A stretch of 64,000 bases of DNA, from contig JABHLR010000008.1 in the NCBI GenBank assembly GCA_018693315.1, positions 42,472-106,471 on the forward strand, given 5' to 3'. Shown here piece by piece: positions 25,601 to 34,506 of this stretch (positions within the stretch are counted from its first letter, which is position 1; the number at the start of each line of letters is the position of its first letter). The notes beneath the pieces were generated by a model that did not search any database, had not been told where the DNA came from, and saw only the letters and a program-made list of their open reading frames with translations. This DNA comes from an archaeon (GTDB lineage Archaea > Nanobdellota > Nanobdellia > Pacearchaeales > GW2011-AR1). The translations under genes and the position numbers were made by a program.

Positions 25601-27525
25601 ATAATGAGATTTTTTCGTTTATGTTTATTGGAGACGATAATGCGGGTGGGGCTCCTAGTGCTGTAACAAATGCTTATACTCTATATCCTGACCTTGAACT
25701 TGTTTTTTCTATTCCAGATCTTGGAAGAGATAGGGCTATCGATTATAATAATTTAGTTGTGGCTTGGCAAGGAAATCCGGATTCTAATCCTTCTTTTAAT
25801 CCAATTTTTATGGGATTAGGTAATCATGATGCGGATAGAGTTGCTGTTGTTAATTACACTTCTGAGGTTCTGGGTCCTTTGATCGGTTCATCTTTGCCAG
25901 GTATGAGGAATTTTAGAGAGGGGCCTTATGCCACTTATCCGAATGGTTATGAAGATAGGAATTTGACTTATTCTTTTGATTATAAGAATTCACATTTTAT
26001 TATGTTAAATAATTATTATAATGATTTATTTTTTGATCCTCCAAGAGATAGATTCGAAGACGATTATGTTTCTATGGGGTGTGTAGGTCAGGATTTACTT
26101 GATTGGCTTGAGCTTGATTTGCAGAATACAGATGCTAAATTTAAATTTATGTTTTATCATGAGGGTGCTAAGGGGGTTCCTAATGGACGGCATACGGGGG
26201 ATTCTATGGGTTATGGTGGATGTCCAGGTAATTCTGATGGGGTTATGAGGGATAGGTTTTGGAGTTTGTTGGCGGAGTATAATGCTACTGCGAATTTTGT
26301 TGGGCATGCTCATCATCATACTGTAACTTGGGCAAATGATTATTATGGGGATAATGGAGCATTGTATGAAATTGAGGCTGGATTTCCTCCTAGCATGTCT
26401 GTTGTGAGTATTCAGGGGGATAATGCTACCTTAAGATTTCATAATCAGAGAGTTGAAAATGGAGAAAATGTTTTATTTGAGCCTTATGGTCCGATTGCAT
26501 TAGGTAGGGATTTAGTTAATCATCCTCCGAAGATTTATCAGTATTCGAGTGGAGTCGATCATGGTCTTATTTTGATTGATGAGAAAAATATAGCTTTAGA
26601 GGTTGGACAGGGATGGTCTACACGTTCTAATTTTTGGTTTGAAGCGAAAGATGGGGATATTGATGATGAATTGGTTTTTAGTTTTAATAACCTTCCTTCA
26701 TTCTTGGATGTTAATGGTCCGGTTATTCCGGGTACTTATGGAAGTTATAATGGAACGCGATGGGATGAAAACTTTAGGAGAATACTGATATATTCTAATA
26801 CGGATAACCCAGGAGATGCATTGGATGATTCCCATGTGGGCAATCATATTTTTGATATTGTTGTAACGGACAATCAAGCTCAGGATGTTTTGACTATGAA
26901 TGTTACGGTGCTTCCTGCTGTTGATCCTGTTCTTCTTGGGGCGTCCATACCGAACGGATCTATTATAAATTTCCCAATGCATAGGGGGCAGATATACTTT
27001 GTTTGTGGTGATGATGATTCTGGTCCAGTATCTGGTAGATATTCGGCGTATGATGTTGTACATGAGGGGGTTGATGTAACTTCTCCACGAGTTGGCTGGC
27101 ACAGTTATGGTACTCTTTCTCTTTCTGATAAGCTTAGTGCATCACAGTTTTTATTTACAGATGATTATGATGGTATAGAAGATGTTCTGCCTGGAAGATA
27201 TGACATAACGACACATTGTGGAGATGTTGCGGGACACCGTTCTGAGGATTATAATTTTACTGTTTTTGTTTCAAATGATGTTCCCGAGTCTACTGTTTTT
27301 GGTAGTTGGCCAGCAAATGGGGCCGAAGTCGGAGAACTTGAGAGTATAAGATTTTGGGCCACTTTTGCACTTACTTCTGGTTTGGTAGAAGTGGAAAGGG
27401 ACGGAGTTTTGTTTAGTGATTACCAGGTGACTAGTCCTAATGTTATTTTTAATAATCCTTTGGAGAGTGGAGTTTATAATGTCACTGTTAGAGGAGAGGA
27501 GTTTCTTTTCTATGTTGATTTATGA
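22633..27525 (+). CDS. giant (about 1630 aa) cell-surface protein: pilin-type signal, Cys-rich module, beta-helix, Cys-rich module, metallophosphatase, Ig-like domains
   Basis: N-terminus MNKRGISAVVATVLIVLIVVAG (archaeal class III/pilin-like). Gly9 linker. DETAVDCGGGCSGC module. NN(I/V)-type PbH1 repeats ending GPDLGAFEF. A C-rich stretch of about 190 aa. GNHD...GHAHHH phosphoesterase motifs. ATG 22633 (the track starts at TTG 22630). Confidence 0.85.
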   Translation: MNKRGISAVVATVLIVLIVVAGAAFVWMGVAPVVDEIEDVGDDTDFIIAVDGGYTYFDSETGVACVQIKRIGGDKELSRIDVLFAYNGTTLEDRGNFSGDEIPGFNEMKKKCFNLSYFDDGVGRYVAPDSIGIVPIYVDGEEGILSTVGDSDSIPSGSYGGGGGGGGGSPPADIVPVVEVVASCLDGIKNQDETAVDCGGGCSGCTNGLDCSVGSDCSSGNCLAGVCVAYIYDENVIFVDNLLENDCNDYDPVTEVCGLGNDIVYNTLTEAVNVVVAGNIVIIKPGIYNEVLKPISSGVEGNPIIFETEGNVILDASSYDDRNDLTFDQDPNYGPIWLEEVEYIIFDGFNVTNNEGYVRMVRSHNITFQNNHFHGPTTGWIIGIHLFESHNNKFANNIIEGTSDNFRIVYSNNTLIEGNEFYLGRHVLLTLKCSSNNIIRGNYFYNAEQKNMEVLDCEQPTMWNHYNNPYPQNTVIGNSARYNIIENNTFAYTAPDSLRATPSHPNGYPRGPFNAIQYAGQDGIIRNNVFYDNNGGGLSLTSYGDEAEYDTDNRIYNNVFYNNHYGGIEVGRGGYQFNGNIIKNNILYKNDFINPPNLNPQFTWEYVYDLWNWGNADSLPFQVYTIRHDGYVFDSNNIINDLPGEINIIAHPDDYESGPPANRSLSYWELTYSSLLQNNIEVNPEFVDADGHDFYLAEGSNMIDAGAYLTSASGSDSGTSMIVDDVGYFYDGFGMEDGDLIQLDGSLETARIVGIDYGTNTLTLDTSLDWVDGQGVGLVYSGNGPDLGAFEFTGDVVLQTCTEQSGDICVSNEYCSGNSLSASDSDSCCDVTCLAPAWLNCADCGNGLFNLCDETECNGITEGCYYEGGWLNTCDSCSAVSCSDYDDSADCSANVCGLTNCGWDGASCVVSCDESSDCNYLSGVCGVGVCIDNICSAEFNSTEDVCRESSSECDAVDYCSGESSSCENLNVLDGTDCSTGVCSNGGCYDDNEIFSFMFIGDDNAGGAPSAVTNAYTLYPDLELVFSIPDLGRDRAIDYNNLVVAWQGNPDSNPSFNPIFMGLGNHDADRVAVVNYTSEVLGPLIGSSLPGMRNFREGPYATYPNGYEDRNLTYSFDYKNSHFIMLNNYYNDLFFDPPRDRFEDDYVSMGCVGQDLLDWLELDLQNTDAKFKFMFYHEGAKGVPNGRHTGDSMGYGGCPGNSDGVMRDRFWSLLAEYNATANFVGHAHHHTVTWANDYYGDNGALYEIEAGFPPSMSVVSIQGDNATLRFHNQRVENGENVLFEPYGPIALGRDLVNHPPKIYQYSSGVDHGLILIDEKNIALEVGQGWSTRSNFWFEAKDGDIDDELVFSFNNLPSFLDVNGPVIPGTYGSYNGTRWDENFRRILIYSNTDNPGDALDDSHVGNHIFDIVVTDNQAQDVLTMNVTVLPAVDPVLLGASIPNGSIINFPMHRGQIYFVCGDDDSGPVSGRYSAYDVVHEGVDVTSPRVGWHSYGTLSLSDKLSASQFLFTDDYDGIEDVLPGRYDITTHCGDVAGHRSEDYNFTVFVSNDVPESTVFGSWPANGAEVGELESIRFWATFALTSGLVEVERDGVLFSDYQVTSPNVIFNNPLESGVYNVTVRGEEFLFYVDL

Positions 27526-27617
27526 ATGTGTATAGGGTAAGTATTAGAAAAGATTTTGGTGGTGGTGCGAGACCCCAGGGAAGTGGGTGGGATATTGGGG
27601 CGTTTGAATATAGTTAG
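27522..27617 (+). pseudogene. orphan C-terminal tail of a beta-helix paralog
   Basis: Another frame reads MNVYRVSIRKDFGGGARPQGSGWDIGAFEYS*. Compare the end of the downstream paralog, ...FYNVSRPQGLGWDIGAYEYS*. Confidence 0.7.
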
Positions 27618-27647
27618 ATTTATTAATTTGTTTTTCTATAGTTTTTG

Positions 27648-29787
27648 ATGAATAAAAAGGGGATTAGTGCGATTGTTGCGACGGTTCTTATAATTTTGAT
27701 AGTCGCGATGGCCGCTACGACTGTTTGGGTTTTTGTTTTGCCTGTGATTAATGAGGGTGTTGATGTGAGTGGTGCTATTGATGATATTGGGGCTATTGAG
27801 ATTGTAACGTCTGGGGGGTATTACGCTTTGGGATGAAAATAATAGTATGTTGGATGTTCAGGTTGAACGAGGTGTTTCTGGTGATGAGCCGATTGCGATT
27901 GAATTTGTTTTTACAATTAACGGGAGTTCTGTGACTGAGAGGGTTGAGGTTGTTCCGAGAGCTGGGGAGCGGAGGGTTTATCCTTTTAATATGACTCATC
28001 ATGGGAAGCCAGAGAAGGTTAGTGTTGCGTTTGTTTATGAGGATGGTGTTGGCGAGGCTGTTACTGTTATCGATATTCCTTCGGGGAGTAGTGGGGGTGG
28101 CGGAGGCGGGGGAGGTGGTAATACTGTTGTTGTGACTCCTGTTGTTGATGATTGTACTGAGAGTTGGAGTTGCGGATCGTGGTCGAATTGTATTGCGAGT
28201 AGTCGAACTAGAACTTGTACCGATGCTAATGATTGCGATACGGTTGTTGATAGGCCGAATTTGAGCGAGGCTTGTATTTGTGGGGATGGATTGGTATGGA
28301 TGGGGGAGGAATGTGATGATGGAAATTTGACTAATGGGGATGGGTGTTCGTCGAGTTGCGCTGTGGAGTCTGGGTATTATTGCGTGGATGAACCGAGTGT
28401 TTGTTCTGTGATTACTGGTAATGAGATTTATGTTGATAAAGACAGTATTCTCGGTAATGGCTGTAATAATAATTGGAATGGTTCGATTAATTTCCCTAAG
28501 TGTACAGTTCATAGTCATAATTGGATTAGGAATGATCTTGAGCCAGGGGATATAGTTTATCTTGCAGGGAATGAATCAACAGATTATTCTTATATGTATA
28601 TTTATGAGAATAGTACAGGTACTGAAGCGAACCCAATTATAATTAAACCTTATGGGGATTATGAAATGAAATTTGATGAGGGGCATGGTATTCGGATTTA
28701 TGGGGATGCTTCGCATATTAAGATTTATGGACCGTTGCATATTCGGGGAGGAGAGTTTGGGTATTTTGTTCCTGATGAAACAGTTACTAATTATGGATTA
28801 GAGCTTCATGATTGTGTGATCAATTTTTCTGCTAATAGTGGAGTTAGGGTTGAGGGCGTTGAGGATTTTGTTTTGTCAGATTGTATAATTCATGGAAGAG
28901 GATATAGTCAAAGAAGTGAAAATGTTGGAGTTAATATTAGAAATGGGAATTCTACTAATGTGCTTATACAAAATGTTGAAGTTTATGGAATGGATGATGC
29001 AGGGTCGCCAGGTAGTAGCGATGCAGATGGATTTTATGCGGCATATGGGACCCATACAAATTTGACTTTTATTAATTGCTCGGCCCATCATAACGGGGAG
29101 GATGGATTTGATTTGCAGGCTGATGCGACTCTTATTAATTGTAAATCATATAATAATATGGCTGGTGGTGTTAAAGTATGGAGGAGAGTTAATGATAATT
29201 ATGCACCACATACAGTTAAGATAGTTAATTCATTAATTTATAATAATGGATATTATGCTCCTAATCCTAATGATGGAAATCCAGGTATTAAGTCAAGTGA
29301 AGGAGCTGGATTGATTATTGAAAATAGTGTAATATTTAACAATTATGACCAGGGGATAAATGCTCATTATGTTGAAGGTGCGCTACCTATTGTGATTAGA
29401 AATTCTATAATTGCTAATACTGTCGCAGGAGAGGGTATAAGGGTTAATAGTAGTGTTTTGACTGAGGAGAACAATTTATTTTATAATAATCAAGGTAATA
29501 ATATTGAAGATATGGATGGGTCTGTGATTATTCCTGATGCGACTTCAGTAGTTGGAGATGATCCTTTGTTTGTTTTTCCTGTTTCTTATAATATTCCTCC
29601 TGTTGCTGGAGATTATTATTCATCTTTAGGATTATATGGATATGGGGCAGAGGTTGTAGATTTCACATTGTTATTGGGAAGTCCGGCAATTGATAACGGA
29701 ACTGTGGCGAGTTATGCTTTTGATTTCTATAATGTTTCAAGGCCTCAGGGTTTAGGTTGGGACATTGGAGCTTATGAATATAGCTAG
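27648..29787 (+). pseudogene. paralogous pilin-signal / Cys-rich / beta-helix surface protein, interrupted by a 1-nt frameshift
   Basis: Track ORFs 27645..27836 and 27847..29787 together align to the N-terminus of 22633..27525. Removing one G from GGG 27830-27832 gives ...SGGYYALDENNSMLDVQVERG... (712 aa). It contains CGDG..EECDDGN..GDGCS (Myxococcus-type Cys repeat) and PbH1 repeats. Confidence 0.75.
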
Positions 29788-29797
29788 GTTACTTGTG

Positions 29798-30604
29798 TTA
29801 TAATTCGTCTAAATCTAAATCTAGGTCGTCGCCAATCATTGCGTTTTCTTGAGCTGACGTTCTTCTTTTGGATTCTTTTATCTCTCTTTCTTTTTTCATT
29901 TCTACTAAGTCGTTGAGGCTTACGTCTTGTAGCTTCTCTCTTTTTGAGAAATCGATTTTGCCTTCTGCGATTTGTTCTTTGAGCGCTATATCATCCTTGT
30001 GGTAGTCGTCTACTGAATCTTTTACTGATTCTTGGACTCCCATTTTTTCACCGACTCTTTTTAGAATTTCTTTTTCTGCATCATAGTTTCTTATGAAGTT
30101 TATTTTTCTCGTCTGTCCTTTTAGAAGTTTGATGCCCAGGTATGCTTCTAGTTTTATGAATAGGTCTTGGAATTTTTCTGGAAGCCTTCCTTTTTCGATG
30201 TCCTGGATTACTTGTGGGTCTACTTGCATCTTTTCTGCTAGTTGTGTGACGCTTAGTTTTTTTCTTCGTCGTGCGATGTTTAGTGTCCAGTAGTAGTTGT
30301 CGAGTGCGTCTTCGTGTTGCTCTTTTGGGGCTGGCATTCTTAGTTTTGCTAGATTTCCTTGTGTTACGATTTGGTCTTTAGAAATTTCTGTTGTGTCGTG
30401 TCTTCCTGACATTCGTTCCATTCGTTCTCTTACTGAGTATCTTTCGTCCGCTTTTTCGAGTTGTATTTCTGATGGTTTTGTGATTATTGGGACGCCTTCA
30501 TCTTCTGCGCAGTAGGAGCAGATGTTAATCATTTCGGCGTTGAAGATTCCTTCGAATAGTTTTGTTTCGTCTGAGGTTTTTTTACATATTGCGCATCTTG
30601 CCAT
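29798..30604 (-). CDS. Zn-ribbon plus XRE-type HTH protein (archaeal MBF1-like) with acidic C-terminal extension
   Basis: CAICKK...CSYCAE ribbon. HTH: IARRRKKLSVTQLAEKMQVDPQVIQDIEKGRLP...KLEAYLGIKLL. Confidence 0.6.
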   Translation of the reverse strand: MARCAICKKTSDETKLFEGIFNAEMINICSYCAEDEGVPIITKPSEIQLEKADERYSVRERMERMSGRHDTTEISKDQIVTQGNLAKLRMPAPKEQHEDALDNYYWTLNIARRRKKLSVTQLAEKMQVDPQVIQDIEKGRLPEKFQDLFIKLEAYLGIKLLKGQTRKINFIRNYDAEKEILKRVGEKMGVQESVKDSVDDYHKDDIALKEQIAEGKIDFSKREKLQDVSLNDLVEMKKEREIKESKRRTSAQENAMIGDDLDLDLDEL

Positions 30605-30657
30605 GTATTTATGGGGAAAAAGTTATTTTTAAAGAATGTTGTGGTGGGATAGATATG

Positions 30658-31314
30658 TTAGTTTAGGAGGGATTGGATGTTGCTTAGTTCTGACAAATCT
30701 CTTATTTTGCCTTGTTCGTTTATTATTATCGATGGGCTTTCTGTGATGTCGTATCTTTCTTGGATTATTCCTAGTGATAGGATTCCTGTATCTGTTGCGA
30801 TTGGAATTAGAATTGCGTCTGGATTTTGTTCTTTGATTTCCGTAAGATAATTGCTCATTGTTTTTTGCGTGGATACTTCTCCGATTTCTATCGTCAAGTA
30901 TTTGTACAGGTAAACTATTGTGTCTACTGATTCATTGCATCTTTGTTTGTTCTCGATGATTTTTTGCCATAGCATTGTTCTTAGTAGGTCGTATCTTTTG
31001 TGGAGGTGCAGCATTCTGTCTGTTATCTTGTTTGAATTATCATATTGTTCAAGTTTTTTTGCCTCTTCGTAAATTCTGTCGGCGAATATTTTGGATTCGT
31101 CATTTAATCTTTGGCAATCTAGGTTTTCGTTGAAAACTAGGTTTGATGCCATCTCGAAATCTGATATGGCTGTTTCTGAGTCTGAATAGAACGATGTGAT
31201 TTCTGCTATTCTTGAATCTTCAAAGAATACTCCGACTAGTATTCCTGACCAGAATATAAGTAGGGCTACGATTAGGGCTTGCCAGAATGCGTGGATGTTT
31301 TTGTTTTTTACCAT
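30658..31314 (-). CDS. hypothetical N-terminally anchored membrane protein
   Basis: One TM segment (FWQALIVALLIFWSGILVGVFF). It overlaps the GT2 gene by 7 nt. Confidence 0.5.
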   Translation of the reverse strand: MVKNKNIHAFWQALIVALLIFWSGILVGVFFEDSRIAEITSFYSDSETAISDFEMASNLVFNENLDCQRLNDESKIFADRIYEEAKKLEQYDNSNKITDRMLHLHKRYDLLRTMLWQKIIENKQRCNESVDTIVYLYKYLTIEIGEVSTQKTMSNYLTEIKEQNPDAILIPIATDTGILSLGIIQERYDITESPSIIINEQGKIRDLSELSNIQSLLN

Positions 31315-32543
31315 TTGTAGTCTTTTACGATGTATCTGTAAATTGATTTAAACCATACGATTGGGTAGAGTGTTCCGTATACTATGAGGTAAAAAAGCAT
31401 GTTAAAAAACCTTTTGATGCTTGCCTTTTCTCCGTATTTGGTTTTCTTTAGTATGTAAAAATACATTCCCATCGACGCCATGAAAAGGACGACTAGATAA
31501 AATATTAGTATTGATGGATGATAGCTGAAGTCTGCGAAATTGAAAATTGGGGCGTCGTATGCTGTCGATTTCGCGGCCGTTAATCCTGCTACAACTAGAG
31601 ACTTTGCCAAAAGATAAACTGAGAACATGAAGGTGAATATGCTCAGAACAATGCTTATTGCGACGAATGGTAAAACGAATGCTCCGAATAAACCTTTTTT
31701 GAAGAACATTCTTTTGTATTTTGAGATTGCCTGTAATCCTCCTAGTCCCCATCTTGTTCTTTGGTTGAACCATGGTTTGATTTTTGTTGGTGCTTCTGTT
31801 GATACTCTGGCGGAAAGAGACATTGCTGTTTTGTAGTCTCTGCTTAGCATGTTCCATGTGATTTCGATATCTTCTGTTATGCTCTTTTCATCGAAACCTT
31901 TTACTTCGTCGAATATTGTTTTTCTGTAGATGCTTAATGGTCCGTTTGTTACGTATACGCTGTCCACGAAATCTAGAAGTTTTCGGAAGAATCCCATGAA
32001 CATATATTCTAGAGATTGGATTTTTGCCAGATAGCTCGCGTTTTTATTTCTTACTGGAACGAATGAAGTTACTGCTGACATATTTTCGTCGTTGAAAAAT
32101 CCGACCATTCTTGAGATCGCATTTTTTGCTGGGTAAGAATCCGCGTCGCTGAATCCTATTAATTCTGTTTTTACAAATTTTGCTCCGTAATTTTTTGCCC
32201 CCGCTGCGTTTCCTGTGTTCTTTGGAGTTTGAACAACCATAATCTGTGGATGTTTTTTTGCGAATTTTTGAACTGTTTTGAATGAGTCGTCCGTTGAGCA
32301 GTCATCTACTACGATTATTTTTTTTAGATTTGGGTAATCTTGATCGAGAAGGGCATTTAGATTTCCTTCGATCGAAGATCCCTCGTTATAGCATGGGATA
32401 ACGATGCTGATTGAATAATTTTTTTTGGGGATTGGCGCGTCTAATAATTTTTTGTGGTTTTTTATCGTTAATATTGTGAAGAATGATAGCATGTATAGGG
32501 CAATGAACATTATGATCAGATATGTTGCTACTATTGGTTCCAT
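31308..32543 (-). CDS. family-2 glycosyltransferase, processive type (membrane-embedded)
   Basis: SIVIPCYNEG, VVDDCSTD, FSDADS, QRTRWGLG (QxxRW). Multiple C-terminal TM segments. Confidence 0.85.
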   Translation of the reverse strand: MEPIVATYLIIMFIALYMLSFFTILTIKNHKKLLDAPIPKKNYSISIVIPCYNEGSSIEGNLNALLDQDYPNLKKIIVVDDCSTDDSFKTVQKFAKKHPQIMVVQTPKNTGNAAGAKNYGAKFVKTELIGFSDADSYPAKNAISRMVGFFNDENMSAVTSFVPVRNKNASYLAKIQSLEYMFMGFFRKLLDFVDSVYVTNGPLSIYRKTIFDEVKGFDEKSITEDIEITWNMLSRDYKTAMSLSARVSTEAPTKIKPWFNQRTRWGLGGLQAISKYKRMFFKKGLFGAFVLPFVAISIVLSIFTFMFSVYLLAKSLVVAGLTAAKSTAYDAPIFNFADFSYHPSILIFYLVVLFMASMGMYFYILKKTKYGEKASIKRFFNMLFYLIVYGTLYPIVWFKSIYRYIVKDYKW

Positions 32544-33118
32544 TATGCTTCCTCTTTGTTTTTATTTTCTGAGGCTTCTTTTTTGTGGACGTTGAAGTAC
32601 TCGTAGAATTCTTCGGAGAGTGATAGGTCTAGTGTGTGCCCGACTTTTTTTGCGATGACCAAGCCGAGTTGTCGGAATTTTTTGATGTGATCGTAGGATT
32701 TGTTGCCGCGGATTTTAATGATAACGGATTGCTTGATTGGTTGTTTGTATGCGATGATTGCCAATGTCTCTTGTTCGGCTTTTGTGAATTCTGCGTTTCC
32801 TGTTGCGAGTTTATTGATCAGATAGTGGTATTTTTCTGCGATGTCCATTTTGTATGCGTCGGTTCTTCTGATTATTCTTATTGTTCCTGTTGAATATTTT
32901 TTTTCTAATCTGTGTAGGATTTCTTTGATCATGATTGGGTTGACGTCAGTTAGCATAATTAATTCTTGGAGATTTAAGAATCGGCCTGCGATAAAAAGTG
33001 CGGCTTCGACTTTTTCTTCTGAGTTTTTTTCTTTATCCTCGAATTCGTTTTCGATTTCTGAGGCTGTTGAATGAGTGATAACTGGAGCAGATGTCGTTTG
33101 CTGTTCGTGTTCTTCCAT
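32543..33118 (-). CDS. scpB: segregation and condensation protein B
   Basis: VEAALFIAGRFLNLQELI...LSKAEQETLAIIAYKQPIKQSVIIKIRG (tandem wH). TAATG overlap with the GT2 gene. Confidence 0.75.
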   Translation of the reverse strand: MEEHEQQTTSAPVITHSTASEIENEFEDKEKNSEEKVEAALFIAGRFLNLQELIMLTDVNPIMIKEILHRLEKKYSTGTIRIIRRTDAYKMDIAEKYHYLINKLATGNAEFTKAEQETLAIIAYKQPIKQSVIIKIRGNKSYDHIKKFRQLGLVIAKKVGHTLDLSLSEEFYEYFNVHKKEASENKNKEEA

Positions 33119-33148
33119 GTTAGTTAATAGTTGTGAGAGTTTTAAAGG

Positions 33149-33532
33149 TTATTGTGAGACGAATACGATTTTTTTGTTGCCGATGAAATTTGCGACGAAT
33201 GCAACTGCCATTGCGATTGTTTGTGAGATTAGGTAGTATATGTTTAGGAATTCTGTTAGTATGAAAAGTAGGGCGATTGTTATGACTACTGCTGTGATGT
33301 TGACTGACATTGCTTTGATGTATTTGGCGAGGAGGTCGTGGCGCATTCTTTCTTTGAAGGTCCATTTTTTATTTAGGAGGAAGTTGCCTGTTGAGCCGAG
33401 GAAGAATGCGATGATTGATGAGAGGATGTAGTAGATTCCGAGGAAGTCTGTTAGGGCGTAGAGTATTAGAATGTTTACGACGGCGAAGATTAGTCCTGCT
33501 ATTGCGAATTTTGCGAATTGGGTTTTTGTCAT
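33149..33532 (-). CDS. GtrA-family membrane protein
   Basis: FAKFAIAGLIFAVVNILILYALT...GNFLLNKKWTFK. 4 TM segments. Confidence 0.8.
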   Translation of the reverse strand: MTKTQFAKFAIAGLIFAVVNILILYALTDFLGIYYILSSIIAFFLGSTGNFLLNKKWTFKERMRHDLLAKYIKAMSVNITAVVITIALLFILTEFLNIYYLISQTIAMAVAFVANFIGNKKIVFVSQ

Positions 33533-34485
33533 GTTAGATTTCTCAGGAATTTTTCAGGAGACGTTTCACAAAACCTTTCATACTTTCGTATCCATTTCTT
33601 GACGGCCTTTCTAAGCCTCTTTCTCATATCCGCATGTTTCTTCAGCTGAGAAATATGCCAACCAATAATTCCCTGAAATCGATGCTTGATAAAAAAGTAT
33701 ATCGCTTCTCTTTCACTAGGATTGAGCTTGAAGTATCTTTCAAAACCTTTTAGATAAAGTTTAATCTTCCTATAATCTGCTCTTCCCTCCCAATCAATAA
33801 AACTCATCGTGATAAAATTCGAGATTTCTTGAACAACAAAATCTTCATGGGCATCATCTAAATCTATGATCGCATTCAACTTCTGGTTTTTTACTAAAAG
33901 GTTACCTCGATTAAAATCTCCATGAACAACACTTCTCCGAAGATTTTGCTTTTTCACCTGACGAAACTCTTCTCTCAATTTTTTATTCTCTTCAAGTATT
34001 CCAAAGCCTTCATACCTTTTTACATCAAACATCAATGGCTTAAACTGATAATCTTTCTTCCATGTATATTTTCCTTTCAGCCCCATTTTCATCAATGCCC
34101 TATTCAACTTTCCATGCTTCTCTGCAATATCTTCAATCAACTTTTTCGTAAATCTCTTTGCTGGTTTTCCTTCAACAAATCTCTGAATTATAATTTTCCG
34201 TTTTTTGAGAATTAAGAGTGACTTACTCCCACTCGTCAACATCACTTGTGGACTGGGTAGTTTTTCTTTCTCCATCAATTGCATAATCTTCAACTGGAAA
34301 TTAATGAAATCTTCCTTAGCGTTTTCAAATATCTTCAGAATAAATTTTCCTCTAGTTGTTTTCAAAAGATAAACCGTATTCCCCAGTGCCCATGGAAGAT
34401 GCTTGTGAGATTTATGTTTGCCAATTTTGTAATTCTCTAGGATATTTTCAAAATCTTTGTTTTGGAGTTTGGTTAGGATTGCCAT
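33529..34485 (-). CDS. APH/choline-kinase-family phosphotransferase
   Basis: VVHGDFNRGNLLV...IIDLDDAHEDF (Brenner and DxD motifs). Confidence 0.75.
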   Translation of the reverse strand: MAILTKLQNKDFENILENYKIGKHKSHKHLPWALGNTVYLLKTTRGKFILKIFENAKEDFINFQLKIMQLMEKEKLPSPQVMLTSGSKSLLILKKRKIIIQRFVEGKPAKRFTKKLIEDIAEKHGKLNRALMKMGLKGKYTWKKDYQFKPLMFDVKRYEGFGILEENKKLREEFRQVKKQNLRRSVVHGDFNRGNLLVKNQKLNAIIDLDDAHEDFVVQEISNFITMSFIDWEGRADYRKIKLYLKGFERYFKLNPSEREAIYFFIKHRFQGIIGWHISQLKKHADMRKRLRKAVKKWIRKYERFCETSPEKFLRNLT

Positions 34486-34506
34486 TTATTTATCATTAAC
34501 CTCTTG

